A stretch of DNA of 64,000 bases from Vicugna vicugna (taxonomy: Eukaryota). The notes beneath the pieces are model-generated. The model saw only the letters and a list, made by a program, of their open reading frames with translations. It was not told the origin of the DNA and searched no databases. A program made the position numbers and the translations under genes. Shown in pieces: positions 37,401-50,689 of the stretch; position 1 is the first letter of the stretch, and every line of letters begins with the position of its first letter. Location of the stretch: the NCBI GenBank assembly GCA_013265495.1, contig MU057947.1:1511070-1575069 (forward strand), given 5' to 3'.

Positions 37401-38289
37401 CCGGCGAAGCGGCTCCCGGTCTCTGCCCCGCACGGAGCGAGCCCAGCTCGTTAGCCTCCTCGGCCCGCGTGGGCCCCAGACGGGCTGCTCGCTCAGGCCT
37501 GTCCGCGTTCGGCACTGGTGAGCTTTAAAGGCTTTGCCAGTGGGGAGAAACTTCCAGAATCACTTCCTTTTGGTGAACAGAGGGAAATTTGCAGTAAAAA
37601 TAATAATAAATCAGAATCAAAACTGTTAAAGGAGAAAAATATCTTAATACCCTGTGGACCATCCACACCGGAAGTCAGCGACGCTGGAGTGCGGGTCTGC
37701 AGGAGTAGCCCTCGGTTAATGCCGTCCACTCGTGGCCCCTCACAGAGCAGGTCTTTCTACCCAATGCTCACCCTCAAGGGTGAAGATTTCTGTCGTCTGG
37801 ATACAGAGAAATACCGGGAGTGTCCGCGGCAATGGCCGCTGTGCCAGTTACGCTGACAGAAGACAAAGAGGGTGTCCTGGGGCTGCTTAGGGCCACGCCG
37901 TGGCCACCAGGCTGGGTCAGCAGAGATGCAGGGCTGGATGAAGTCTGATTCTTTGTGACCAACAGAGAAGAGGCTGACTCTCAGGATCGAGTACTTAGTC
38001 GGGGATCTCAGCAGAGCCACACAATTACAGACGTGCTCAACACGTCTCTTCCCCGCACACCTGGCACCCAGCATGCCTTGAGTGGGACAGACTGAACCCC
38101 GGAGCCCGTGGGTGGCATGTCCACCTGTGCAGTTAGAATCAGTTCAAGCACATTCCAGCAAAATACCCTTTTCCTTTGTGTATACTTAGACGAAATATCA
38201 TACAATTGTATGTTACGTACGTGTGTGCGCCACCGTACGCACATGCAAGGGCACGCACGCGCCGGCGCGTGCACACGCAGCCCTGCGAG

Positions 38290-38755
38290 CGGGCCTCACC
38301 TCGTCACGCTTGGTTTGTTACACTTAAGGTGCTGCGTCACTTGCCGACTGGAGGTTCGTGACAGCCCCGCGTCGGGCGGGGCCGTCAGCACGGCTTTGCG
38401 ACTGCATTTGTTTACTTCATGTCTCTGTGTCGCGTTTTGGTGATGCTCACAGTATTTCCACCTTCCTCATTGTTATTAGGCGGAGCTCCAGGACCAGTGG
38501 TCTGTGGTGTCAGCACTGCGACTCAGATGCTAAAGGCTCAGATGGTGGCTGGCGTTTTTAGCAATGAAGTATATTTAATGGAGGTCGGCACCTTGTTGCT
38601 TAGACGTAATGCCACTGCACAGTTGGCAGACCGCAGGATAGCATGAACACACCTTTTATGGTCACTGGGCAGCCGACACATGTGTGTGACTTGCTTTATT
38701 ATGACGTTTGCTTTGTTGGGCTGCCCTGGAACCAAGCCCACTCGGCATCTGCCTG
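38290..38755 (+). mobile_element. Internally deleted Tigger1 (Tigger1a_Art-like) DNA transposon
   Basis: The Tigger1 5' part ('ggaggttcgtgacagccccgcgtcg...tttacttcatgtctctgtgtcgcgttttggtga') is joined directly to the 3' part ('aaggctcagatggt...tttttagcaatgaagtat...tgtgacttgctttatt...ctggaaccaagccc...tgcctg'). Degenerate TIRs. Confidence 0.85.
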
Positions 38756-41214
38756 CACAGCTCTCTGCACTAGTGGTCGTCCGTGTGGATGTGTGTGACA
38801 TTAAGTTTTCAGATGCATAGAGAGACTGAGCAACATGGAGACTATCTCACACACGTGCACGCGCACACGCACACACACACACAATTCTGCCGGCAGGGGA
38901 GCTGGAGAGCCCGTGCACTGTCCAGTCCACGTCCTCCAACCCACACGTGCTCGTTTCCAAACCCTGTCGCCGTCCTAACCGGGCAGTGCGTCCACGTGAG
39001 TGGAGGACATGCACGCGAGGGCCGAGGGAAGGGGACCCCGAGGAACCACGATCACAAGAGTCCCCCTCAGCCGTTGGCAGACAGGGGGAGGTGACAACAG
39101 GCAACACATGGAATCCCCTTCCTTTGCTCCTAAATTATCTTTTTAATGAAACCGATGGCACTTGGGGAAGAGGGTGCCGGGTTAACTTGGAGCATACTGT
39201 GTGCTCAGACAGTATGCCTGCGCAGTCTCGTCTTTAGTATTTTCACTGACCAAGAAAAAGTCAAATAGAAACACCCTTTAGTCCCCCCGCACCCCGGGCT
39301 GCCCTTCTCGGTGAAGAGCCCGCATTGCTCTAGAGACTGGTGTTTGCTCAGATGGTCCAAGTCAACAGTTTTATAACTGTGGCCACTCTGTTCCTGGATT
39401 TAATGGTCTTGTAAATAGAGGGCATTCGAGTTCAGCTGCTCTCCGAATCATTCCGCACGGCCGGGGGGTTCTTTCCCATCAAACGTAACTGTGTCAGAGC
39501 CTCACTGGCACAGCGCTCGAGTGGAGCTGCGCACGCTTTGCACGATTCCAGCGGTTTCTTGCTCCAACCCCAGTGAGTACTGAAAAATACACTTTATTCC
39601 TTCTAAATGAGAGTGATTCAAGGCTGTCACTTAAACTTAAAAACGGCCCTCAGTTCATCAGACGTTAATCTGACGTTTCACACCGGCTTGACCGACTTGG
39701 GCAGCACTCGCTGGTTCTAGAGCTCGGAGGGCGGCTCTTCCAGGAGGGGTGATTGCTGACGCGTCCATCTCGGGGGTGGGTGGTGCCGCCGTCGCCGGCT
39801 GCCCAGAGAGCTCGTGGGCCGAGAAGGGCACGGCCTCTCCCTCTCGCCGGGTGTCCGTGGGTGACCTCCGCTTGGAGACTCAGGCTGCAGGAGCCTCTAA
39901 CTTCCTGTTTCCCCGTCGTTCACTAGGGAAGAAAGAACAGGACAAACTGCCCCCGGCTCTTAACCTTTCTGTCCAGAGGTGACCCATGTCACTTCTCACA
40001 CCTCACTGGTCAAAGCATGTTCAAGGTCACCCTCCACGTCTTCAAGCGCAAAGGCTCTGATTCCGCCTCGGTCCTGGAGGAACGGAGTTGGAGGCATCTG
40101 CTCTGTGGATAACGTGTGTACCCGTGAAAACTGCCTCCAGACAGCTGATGCTGGAGCTTAGAATACGCACGTCTGTAGGAGCGCGAGAGCTGCTGGCTCC
40201 TGCTTAGCCAAGGTGGGCCCCTCCTGCAGGTGGAACCTGAGACCGTGGGTCGGACTTCATTCCAGCAGTCGCTGCGGGAAATGGAACACAGATGTCCTCC
40301 CTTCTTGGGAGCCCGCAAAATGCCCCGCACACACCTGTCTGCTTCCCCCGAGCTCCCCACCTGGCGCAACTTCAAACCTCTCTGTTCCACAACAGCACTG
40401 GGGCAGGAGAGGGGCCGGGGCAGGGGTGGGCTACGTCTCTGGTCTCAGAGCCCCTCACGGGGCTGAGTCTGGTCTTAGGAGCGATGCCCCAGTCAGCATG
40501 CGAGGCTGGCACCCCCGGGTTGGCTCTCCTTTCTCGTCTCAAGGCCACATGGCACGGACATGGCCCCACTCCCAGTTTCCCTGCACCCCACTCCCACGAG
40601 CCTTGTGCTTCTCGAGCAGGAGAACAGCCCTGGCAAGACGCTCTGTCCACACGTTCTGCTGGGCTGGTTGAGTCTAGAAGTGCTTTCAGCAACATTTACT
40701 CTGAGGGCCCCCGGTCACCGGGGAGGGGCCAGGGCAGCGGCTCTCGAGTGGGTGGACCCTGACTCCCTCATCTGAACTCAAGGAAACGGAGGTCCTGGAC
40801 AGTCTCAGAAGCGGGACTGGGACCCGGAGTCAGGACGCCCCGGCCAGTAATCACCGAGTTGCCACAAGCCCGTGCCAGCTCCTGCACTCGCCCCAGGATG
40901 CTCCCTGGCAGAGGTGTTTGCAGAAGTCCAGTGTCAAGGCCAACCGGTCCCCGGTCACAGCAGGCCCTACATCCACTCCTCTAGCCAGGTGGCCAGGCAA
41001 ACGGGGCAGTGACAGAGGGGGACACAGTGGGCAGGCCCATCCCTTTGTTTTCCGTTTGCTTGAGACAGTGGGTGTTCGGTTTAGGAAACAAGCTGAGTGT
41101 CTGGTGTGGGGAGTGAGCACTGGCCCTGCCCCTGGTGGGGGACAACTGCCAAGGAGCTGCCCCAGATGAGGACCAGTGGGCTGGAGCCTCCGGCCACAGG
41201 ACAGTGGTGGCACC

Positions 41215-41668
41215 AGTGTTGGTCTCCTGGGACCACTCTGACAAAGTACGACACACAGGGGGGCTTAACACGCCTGAATCCAACCTCCCAGGGCTCTGGA
41301 GCCCAGAAGTCCGAAATCCAGGTGCCAGAAGGGCTGGTCCTTCTGGAGGCTCAGAGGAGGCACTGTCACCCCCCACCTCCCTTTCAGGGGCTCTGGGCAC
41401 CCTTTGGTATCCCTCGGGTCACAGATGCGCCTCTCTAATCATTACCTCCGTCTTCACGTGGCCTTCCCCCTCCCACATCTCCCCATCTCAGGTCCCCTTC
41501 TCTTTTCCCTTATAAGGACACCAGGCTTTGATCTGGGGTCCACCCTGAACCCAAGATCCTTACCTTGATTACATCTTAAGGACCCTGATTCCAAATGAGG
41601 TCACCTTCACAGGTGCAGAGGCTAGGATGCAGACACGTATTTTGAGGGGACACTGTTCACTCCAGTAC
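41215..41668 (-). mobile_element. MaLR solo LTR (MLT1B/C-like)
   Basis: 'ctctggagcccagaagtccgaaatccaggtgcc', 'ctccgtcttcacgtggccttc', 'cttataaggacacca', 'ttccaaatgaggtcaccttcacaggt', 'ttttgagggggacactgttcactc'. Confidence 0.85.
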
Positions 41669-42449
41669 CCCTGCATCCTGGTTTCTAAAGATGGTTGGGG
41701 TGGGTGGGTATAAGGGAAAAAATTGGTTGCTGATCCTCAGCCTACAGGGAGAGGAGGCAAAGCTGAAACTGGAGGCCTATTTCAAGACAGGAATTTTTTA
41801 ATCCTGCTGAGGCTAGACTGAGCCCCACGGCGAGCAGAGTGAGGTGTGGGTGGGGTGGGGCCGCGGGAAGGGAGGTCTCCTTTGAGAGCGCAAGGAGGCC
41901 TGGCCCCAGGGAGGGTGACTGCGGTGCACGCTGCACGCTAAGGCTTCGTTCCCTGAAAAGCTGAATCACTCAGCACCTGCCCAGCTGCAGAACGCATGCA
42001 GCATTATTCCAAGCAAAGAATGAATAAATAAATGAATCAAGTCAATAATTTATACTCCTAAGGTTTCAGCATTAACAAATTCAGTGCTCCATTTGTTAAA
42101 TTTTAAAATGAGAGCAAAACACCAGAAATTAGACCATCTCCGTCTTCTAATCACAGATTCACATGCCTCTGTCCTCTTGTGTCACAGCGTAGAACGCGTT
42201 ACTATATTGAAAAGTCATGCCGTTCAGATTATCAGGCTGAGAAGTAAGGGTCTAGGAAGGAAGAGAAGCCTAGAACACTGGGGGTCGGGTGCAGAGTCCC
42301 GGGCACTGGGAGGGCGGCGTGGGCGCTCGCTGCGCGTTTCCCATGGCAGGACCAAGCGACGTGCGGCGGGCCTTCATCCCCCGGCGGCAAGGCCGGCCCC
42401 AGCCCTGCAGCTGGAGCCCGGGCGCAGGGGCCCTGGGCCCCCAGAGGCA

Positions 42450-45370
42450 GCATGCTCCGAAGTTCACGGGAGACGCAAAGTGTCCAGTGAAAAGTGCGTC
42501 TCTGATGAGCAGCAAGAGGAGGAGCAGAGTAAATCCCGACGGAGAGCCCGTGGGCAGTCATGGCAATGGACGCGGCCGGGTACTTGTGCCCCGACACTGC
42601 TCGCATCCGCGTTTCTAGTGAATGGCATGTCGACTCCGTCTGTCCTCCCTTTCGCCCTGTCACCTCTTGCTTCGTCCATTCTGCAGCCCCGTTAGGAGGG
42701 ACACATGGGTTTGTGGCTGGTAGGTCTTAGCAAAGTTACCGCTCTTTTCATCATGAAGTGTCAGTCGGCTCTTCGGTTGCACTTCTTGCTCTAAGGTCTG
42801 TTTTGCATGCTATTAACAAAACAGCCTCTCCCGTTGCCTTATGACTAGTGTTTGCATGTCCACATGTGCAATTGATAATGACTATGTAGACAGTTTATAA
42901 ACACACACATATGCATCCTCTTTTATTGTGGTAAAATACACATAACATAAAGTCTTCCGTTTTAACGATTTTCAAGTACACAATTCCACAGTGTTGATTG
43001 TATTTGCAATGTTGCACAACCATCACCACTATTTCCAAAATTTGCCTCTATCACCACCAGATCCTCTGTACCCACCAAGCAATAACTGCCCTCCCCCGGC
43101 CCCTGGTAACCTCCAGGCTACCGTCTCACTGCATGAATTTGCCTGTTAGAGATATCCATGTGAGTGGAATACTGTGTATCTACCAAACAAACTGCAGACA
43201 GGGATGGGAACAGAGACCTGTACACACGTGTTCACAGCATCATCATTCACAGGAGTCGGAAGGTGGAAACAACCAGGAGTCTATCCACAGGTGCTGGATA
43301 AACAGGGTGTGGTCTGTGCACACAGTGGAATATCTTTCAGTCACGAAAGGAATGCATGGTATATGTTCTTCCTTCACTTGCTTTTATCTTAATGTTGCCC
43401 ATGTTTTTAAAACGCTTTTTTTTTCCTAAGAGCATCTGATTGGGTCTTGCTTTTTTTAATCAGCCTGGCAATCTCTACCTTTTAGGTGGAGTGTTTGGTT
43501 TACTTACGTTTGATGTGACGAGTAATACGTCAGATTTAGCCACCCCCACGTGCTCCTGGATTTCTGGTCGCCTGCCCGCTCTTGGGCTCACGGGACGCAT
43601 CTCAGTGCCCCGTCCCGATCCCTCTGCTGACACGGTAGCCGGGTCGCTGCTGTGCTCTGCTGTCCGTGGCTGCTCTTCAGGCGATGGACTGTCCTTAATT
43701 GGACACAGTAATTCAAATGTGTAAAATACAAGTAACTTGCAACAGTGTGTCTCCACTTACCCGCTCACTCTCTTCTGTGCCCCTTTACAAAGGTTAAAGC
43801 CAAAATGTGTTTTTGTTTGTTTGCTTCAATGAGTCAGTTTATCCACGTAATCACCGGTCTGTGCTCTTTGTTGCGGTTTGTTCTCAATTTCCTTCATCCT
43901 GAAGCCTTTCTTCAGCCGTCTGCTGCCGCCGAAGTATCTCCGTTTTTATTTGCCTGAAATGCCTTTATTTCACCTCCGGTTTTGAAGGGTCGTTTTTCAC
44001 TGGATATGGAATTCTGGTTTGACCGTTTATTCCTTTCAGTATTCCACTGTCTTCTTAGCTGTATTGTTTCTGCTGGGAAGTCCACCTTCATCTGTGTGTA
44101 TTTTTCCTCTTACGTCCAGTGTGTTGTATTTCTTTGGATGCTTTAAAACTTCCTCTTTCTCTTTGGGTTGAAGCAACTTGACCTCTATGTGCCCAGGTAC
44201 AATTATTCTTTGTTTATTTATTTATTTACCCTACTTAGCGTTTCTTGATCTTCATGGGGTTACAAATCAATGTTCTTCACCAACTTTGGGGACCTTTTGG
44301 GCTATTTCTTCAAATTTTTATGTATTTTTATATATGCTAGTGGACCTGATATTTCCTTGTGGCTTTGAGATTCTGTTTGATATTTTCAATCTGCTCAGTT
44401 TCATTTTATTCTTCAGTTTGGACCATTTCCATTGATCTATCTTTGAGTCGGCTTATTTTCCCCCTTTCTTCTCCAATCTTCTGTTGTACCTTCCTGGTAA
44501 GTTTTTCGTTTAATTTTTGATCCTCTTGAGCTCTCAGTTTCCCATTTAGTTCCTTTTGAAAAGAGTGTCTACATAGCTGCTGAGAATCTCTGCTCTGCCA
44601 GTGTGTGTGTATTTTCTTTCAAGTCCCTGAGCCTGTTAACAGGAGCCGCTCGCGGTCACTGTCCGCTGATTGCGACATCTGGCTCATCTCAGGGTCAGTT
44701 TCTGTTGACCTGGTTTCCATTCTTAGTTTGGGTCACACTTTGCTTTCTATAGTTATTACTGTTATGATGTTTGAGAGCGGGCACTGAGTGATAAATTGCA
44801 GAGACTCTGGCCTCTCTCACGTTACCCTGCAGAGGGATTTTTTTCTTAGGAGGCAATTGACTTACCTGGAATCGAACCACAAATCTCTGTGCCCTCTGTG
44901 GCGGGAAATTGCTACCGTCTCAACTCGGTTCTGCCAACTTTCAATCCTTCCTTTTCACCAGTCCCCACCCCTCTCCACTGCGTGTTTGGTACAGGTCTTA
45001 GGCAGGGACTTGCCGGATCTCAGACACAGCTCGGGGGCTCACACGTACCTGGGACTCCCTCCTGCCTGGGCTGCCTCACTGACTCTGTGGCCGTCCTGAG
45101 CGCCTTGTCACAGGCAAGTCTTGTTGGCCCGAGGGCCCTTCTAACACGTTGGCTGCCACCAACTGAACAGCATCTTAGTGAGAAACTGACAGCCTCGCAG
45201 ACCTCACCCCTGCCGCTCAGTGCTCACGGCAGACTCCCTCCAGTGTCCCTTGCTTCCTTCCTCAGTGCCTGCAAAAAGTTATGTTCTTTAAAAACACGAT
45301 TTTGAGTCCAGAATCCGTGACTGTTGTCTGTGAGTGAATTAGCTTGCTAAGCTCGCCTGTCATTAACCTC
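42450..45370 (-). mobile_element. Ancient L1M relic (5' end, ORF1, start of ORF2 endonuclease) hosting a nested L1
   Basis: Antisense EN motifs ('tagtgtttgcatg|gtatat', 'gggtcttgcttttttt', 'gacctgatatttcc') and ORF1 motifs ('tgcctgaaatgcctttatttcacc', 'ggatatggaattctggtttgac', 'caactttggggaccttttgggctatttcttcaaat'). Confidence 0.8.
42859..43352 (-). mobile_element. Nested 5'-inverted L1MB-type insertion
   Basis: 42921-43170 is an antisense L1MB 3' end ('ttttattgtggtaaaatacacataacataaa'). 43171-43352 is the sense ORF2 C-terminus ('gtgttcacagcatcatcattcac...ggtggaaacaacc...ggataaac'). Flanked by tgcatg at 42853-42858 and 43353-43358. Confidence 0.8.
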
Positions 45371-47357
45371 TGACAGAGTTGTGCTAAAGGTCTGGGTAAG
45401 TCGCACCGACTCTGGACTCTTAGGGAAGAATGTTTAAAAGGCCACATTTTAGGTCGAGGCAAAAGCAGCCACTCGACATGATGGTGACAATAGCTTTAAT
45501 CATTTACCTCCACTTGTCAGCTTAAAAAAATCGTTCTGTGACTGACCATGAGGAACTAAAATCAGAGGATATCTGTTGTGCCCACAAAGGCTGGTTGCCG
45601 AGGGTTTTGTTCAGTCCCCTGGGGTTTCAAATCAAACTGTGCCAGGAACCATTCAGTCAGTTCCTCTGGTGCTTGCGTTCTTTGATGTACATCACCCAGC
45701 GAGCTAGTCAATGGCCCGGGGGGCGGATACTTCCCGCACCACAGGGCACCCACACTGTAAGCGTGAGCGCTCCGGCCACAGGCACCGGCAGCCCCCAGGG
45801 CGGGGGGGGCGCCCCGACTTCCGAACTGGCTCAGATGCACATGTGAGCGGCCCGTCCCGGCTGCGGAGGCGGGGTTTCACCTGGTGCGGGGAGAAGCCGC
45901 CGCAGGGTGTCGGTGTCGGGGAGCGGACGGCGGAGAGGCGTCTCTTTTCTAGCCTGTTTGCTTACTTCCTGTGTTTGTCCTTCAAAGACGGGAAAGACAC
46001 TCCTTTAAATACTGAGGAGGATGAAGTGAAAAGAGGGCATTTAGTGACACAGGAGGAGAAGACGTGCATGTCGCGACCGGCTCTGCCAGGGCTCAGGGGT
46101 GGGAGTCGGGCCTGGACAGAGGGGTGGCCCTTGAGCCGGAAAGGTGGTTTTGCTCCATTTCAACGGAAGTGACCGACGGAGCGAGGGCTGCAGATGGGGA
46201 TGTTAGCAGGTGAGAACTAAGCCCCACTCACGTGTGGCCAGCAGCTCCAGTGCTTGGTACCGGCCTTCAGGAAGGTGAAGAGGACACCGTCCTTCTTTCC
46301 CTGTCACTCAGACACAGCCGGATGGACCCCTGCTGTCCTCACCTTCTAGTCCGAGAGCACGGCACAGAGACCAGCCTGCCAGGCCACAGGGGAAAGAGCA
46401 TTTCTGCAGAACTAGACTGACATGCCACCGTTTTATTGGGGGGACGAGGAAGCAGAGGTTAAGACAGGCCCTGGGAAAGGTCCTGAGGGTTCCCTGGCCT
46501 TCCCCACGCTGACGCTGGCCAGTGGCCTTCTCTGCTGCAGGCACACAGACCGTCAGCAGAATCACTGTCACCACTGAGCTTCGCCCGCGGAGCCGCGCAG
46601 CGTTTCCCATCTAGAGAGTCAGAGGTGAGGCAGAACTGAACGTCTTCTCTTGGCAAAGGCACAGTTCTGTGCGGGCAGAGAGGGTTCCAGAGTGGCATGA
46701 GGCCCCTCTGCCCTGCCCCGTGGGTCAGGACTGGGGGTAGGGATGCAGCGAGGTGCCCTCTGCAGACCCAAGCTGCGAGGCTGGCTGACAAATCCAAAGG
46801 GGACAGAGAGACAACTGGAAACAGGCTTCTCTTAGACTCCACCAGCGTGTCACGTCCAGACGGGGATGTCCGAGGCGGGCAGTGAACATCTGTCTGGACT
46901 GCTGGGGATGGTGAGGGTTCTCTGGGAGCTCAGGCCCCGCTCTGTCTGGACAAAGCTGCTCACCATCCCTTGGATCCTGGAAACGAGTCATCCTGCTCAC
47001 CTGGGCCCCCACCCCCAGTGCTGCAGCGCATCCCGACAGGAATTCACCCGCCCTTCACGGCCACCGGGAGGCTCGGCCGAGCAGGCTGCACAGGTTCTGA
47101 GCCCCAGTCTCAAACAGATTCGTCATCTCGACCCACTCACCGGCTGCGGCGGGTCTCTCTGTCCTGCTGTCCCTCTGGGAGCCGTCCACCCTCACTGAAG
47201 CAGCCCCAACCATGGCTTCCCAAAGATGAAAGGCCCTGACCTGCCACGTTCAGGTTCTCTCCTCCGACCGATCAACTGTCAGCACCAGAGTCTAACTTCT
47301 CAAACATAATCTTCTCTCCCCGGTGGCTCAAGGCACCCCTTTCTCAACAAGACCGGC

Positions 47358-47902
47358 TTTACAATAGCAAGGCATGGGAACAACTTAAGAGTCTGTCAAC
47401 AGATGACTGGATAAAGAAGATGCGGTATATTTATACAATGGAATACTACTCAGCCAGCAAAAATGAAATGTCATTTGCAGCAACATTGATGGACCTGGAG
47501 ATCTTCATACTAAGTGAACTAAGTCAGACAGAGGAAGATGCCATATGATATCACTTATATGTGGAATCTAAAAAAAAACCACACAAACTTCTTTACAAAA
47601 CAGAAACATATTCACAGACAGAAAACAAATTACTGGTTACCAAAGGGGGAAGGTTCGGGGAGGGATAAATCAGGAACTTGGGCTTAGCAGATACTTGCTA
47701 TTATATATGAAATAGATGAACCACAGAGTCCTACTGTACAGCACAGGGAGCTGCATGCAATATCTTATAAGAGCCGATAATGAAAAGGAATATAAAAAGG
47801 AATATGTATGTGCGTGAGTGAGTCACTGTGCTGCGCACCAGAGATGAACACAACATCGTAAACCAAATACACTTCAATTGAAAAAATAATAAATAAATAA
47901 AT
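47358..47902 (+). mobile_element. Younger 5'-truncated L1 (ORF2 end plus Artiodactyla-type 3' UTR, A-rich tail)
   Basis: 'gatgactggataaagaagatgcggtatatttatacaatggaatactactcagcc...tactgtacagcacaggga...acttcaattgaaaaaataataaataaataaat'. Paralogous to 22050-22690. Confidence 0.93.
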
Positions 47903-49799
47903 ACGAGGCAGGCTTTGTTTTCTCCCCTTTCTAGAAGCAACATCCCAAGTCTTTCCCCAGATTACGTAAGAAATGTCGTCATCACAGAGACAAAAATAAA
48001 CATTTCCCCTTAGAAGAGAGCGGCTGTGTTTTCAAGGAGACGGTGAAAGGCACTGTGGGGAGGGGGTGGGGACGGGGAGGCCAGGCTGTGGTCCCCACCC
48101 CTGGAGGGGAGGGGCGGAGGGAGGCTGTGAGGGGGTCTCGGAGCCCTGACCTGGCGCCCGTGAACCCTGTGAAGCTTGAGGAGGCGATCGGACCTGGCGG
48201 AGCCTCGGGGCACAGCCTGAGTGGTAGGTGACAGGCTGACCTGACTGGGGCGGGGTTTGAATTCACACGTGTCAGCAGGGTCTGGCTGGTGTCTCCAAGA
48301 TGAGGCCATGCCCTCCTCTCTGTGCTCAGAACTCACTTTCAGGCTGTGGTCGGGTGGGGTCCTCCCCCTGTAGAGTGACAGGACTAGGCTCCCCGTTTCT
48401 CCCTCACCCTCTTCTGTGTGACCCCCCACTGCTGCCGGGGACCAGACGAAGTCACAGTCTGCCTGGGCTGCCATCTCGGGCACTGGCCTCACCATCTCTG
48501 CTGTGGTGCCGATGCTCTCAGCGTCTGCACCTCCAGATCCCTGCACTCTGCCCTGGTTCAGCTGCCATCCCCACCTGGTCCAAGACAACCCGCTTTCACC
48601 TCCTGCCTGGGGCACCTGGGGTCTGAGACCTGGCTCGCGCAGCGTCCTCACCTGGCCGGGCTGCTGAGTTCCGAGGTGCCGGCCTGGTTGGCACCCTCCC
48701 TCGTTCAGAGCCACAGCCAGACACCGAGGCCAGGCTCCCTTGGTGCCCCGTGAAGGGCGAGGGCAGGCAGAACAAGAGGGAGACCCGCAGACCTTCCCTC
48801 ACCCATCTATTCCGTAACGCTGTGTCCCCAGCCCCGCCCAGCCCTGCGGGGTCCCTGCCCAAGGGAGCCGCCATGTGTCAAGTGACTCTGCACCACCTTC
48901 AAATGTAGTTTATGTTTCATAGCTGGTTGACCACTCGAGTGTTTTCCTAGTCAAAGCTTCCCCAAGGATCTAGCCCCTATCAGAAGCCCAAGAAACTGAG
49001 CCTGGCCACTAGGACATGCTAACCCAGCCTCGCTTTACAGACAAAGTCCGTGGCTGGTTTGAGCCATGCCTGGCCGCCCGTTCCGACCAGCCAAGGGCAC
49101 GCTGACCGCCCTGGCTGCCCTGTTGCCAGGGGATGCGGTGCGTCTTCATTACCTGGAGGATTAATGGAGCCGGAACACTCCTCCCCGACTCTCTCTGCCT
49201 CCTGATCAGGAAAGCCAAGGTCTAGGCCAGTGAGACACCTGGGGGCCTCCACGTCTGTTTGGGATGCACCCTGAGTTTTTCCTCCCCCACCGCCCCCTAG
49301 GCAGCTCCATGCGTGTCTTGACTCAGTAAGAGATGGCAACACCAAAAAGGGGTGATGGGTTGAGGAAGAGCCTTGCATCTTGACAGACTAAGTCCCCAAA
49401 TAAGCGCCAGGTGGGAGGAGATGGGAGGATGCCCTGCAGCCTATGGGGTTGGGAGTCAGAGAGCCAGGAGGGAGGACGTGCGCTGCTCTGTGCTAGGTGA
49501 GTAGCTGGTGAGCAGCAACGGGGCAGACGTGCGTACATCTGTGGGCACCCAGGTGTGATCTGAAAGAGGCAGTATAATCAGCGAGCAGATGCGCAGAGAC
49601 AAAAGCAAGATGAGATAAAACATTAAATCTTTCTCCTCCTCCCTGTGGACTCATTCTCAGCCTAATGGGTCCACCTGTGAGAATGACCGAAACAGCGAGG
49701 GAACAGTATAAAACCGACGAGTACAAATCACCAAAATACGTTATCCCTGGCCGAAAGAGGAAATAGGGTCCTGAGAGCTTCGGCAATAAGCAGACTTAA

Positions 49800-50420
49800 A
49801 ATCGTATGGCATCTTTCATTAGATACAAAAAAGAAAAAGGGAAAAATTAGGGGTCTTTGAAACAAAAACAGAGAAGAGATTGCCATGGAATTGAAAGGGA
49901 GAGATTAAAGGGGACACTGAGAAGGTAACAATTATACATTGAATGGCAAAATTTATATTCATATTGGTGATGATAAAGAATAGTTTTGACCCTGCAAAAG
50001 TGTAAATCACAGTGGTCTGTGGTTGAAACCTATTAACAGAGAGAAAATTGTCAACATTACAAAACAAGGGGCATATTCTGAGGGAAAAAAACCCCGTGTA
50101 TTTGCATGAGGAACTTTCACGTGCAAAGAACATTCATAAAAGGAGACCTTGGTATAGAAATACTCTGGCAAAATTTTCTGAGTAAAAATTTAAAGAGAGA
50201 AAAGGAAAAACCCCACAAGTCTCTGGACAGGAATCAGAATATTAAATCTCAAGGAGCAGGCTTGACGCTGGCCTCAGACTTCTTTCCAGCTCTGCCGGAA
50301 GTGAATTCGGGTTTTCTACCAAAATCCAAAATGGAAAAATGTTATGTCCCTTGATTTTTAATCCAGATGTCCTGCGAGTATGAAAAAAAGATGGGCCTCA
50401 GAAAATAATGCCACTCAAAC
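49800..50420 (+). mobile_element. HAL1/L1 ORF1-like ancient fragment
   Basis: A-rich, ORF1-like sequence with 'ctctggcaaaattttctgag...aaagagagaaaagg' and 'ctggcctcagacttct'. Confidence 0.5.
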
Positions 50421-50689
50421 CATCCGACAGTAAAAGCCACCTGGGGGGGTGCTCTGGGGACTGACAGTGAGTCAGACGTGAAGGGCTGCATGGATCAGCT
50501 GGACACCAGAGCCGGCGGGTGTCCCCACGCCTCCCGGGACTCGGCCCCGAGCTCAGCTGGATCGTGAGGTCGCCTGTGGGCTCCCCTCTCGGGGGAGCAG
50601 CTTTCCCAGCCGGGCCTCCCTCGCGAGTCCTGCTCTGCTTCCGCCCCGTCTCAGTCCCGGGGTCCCTGCTTTTCCAGTGCCCTTCGATG

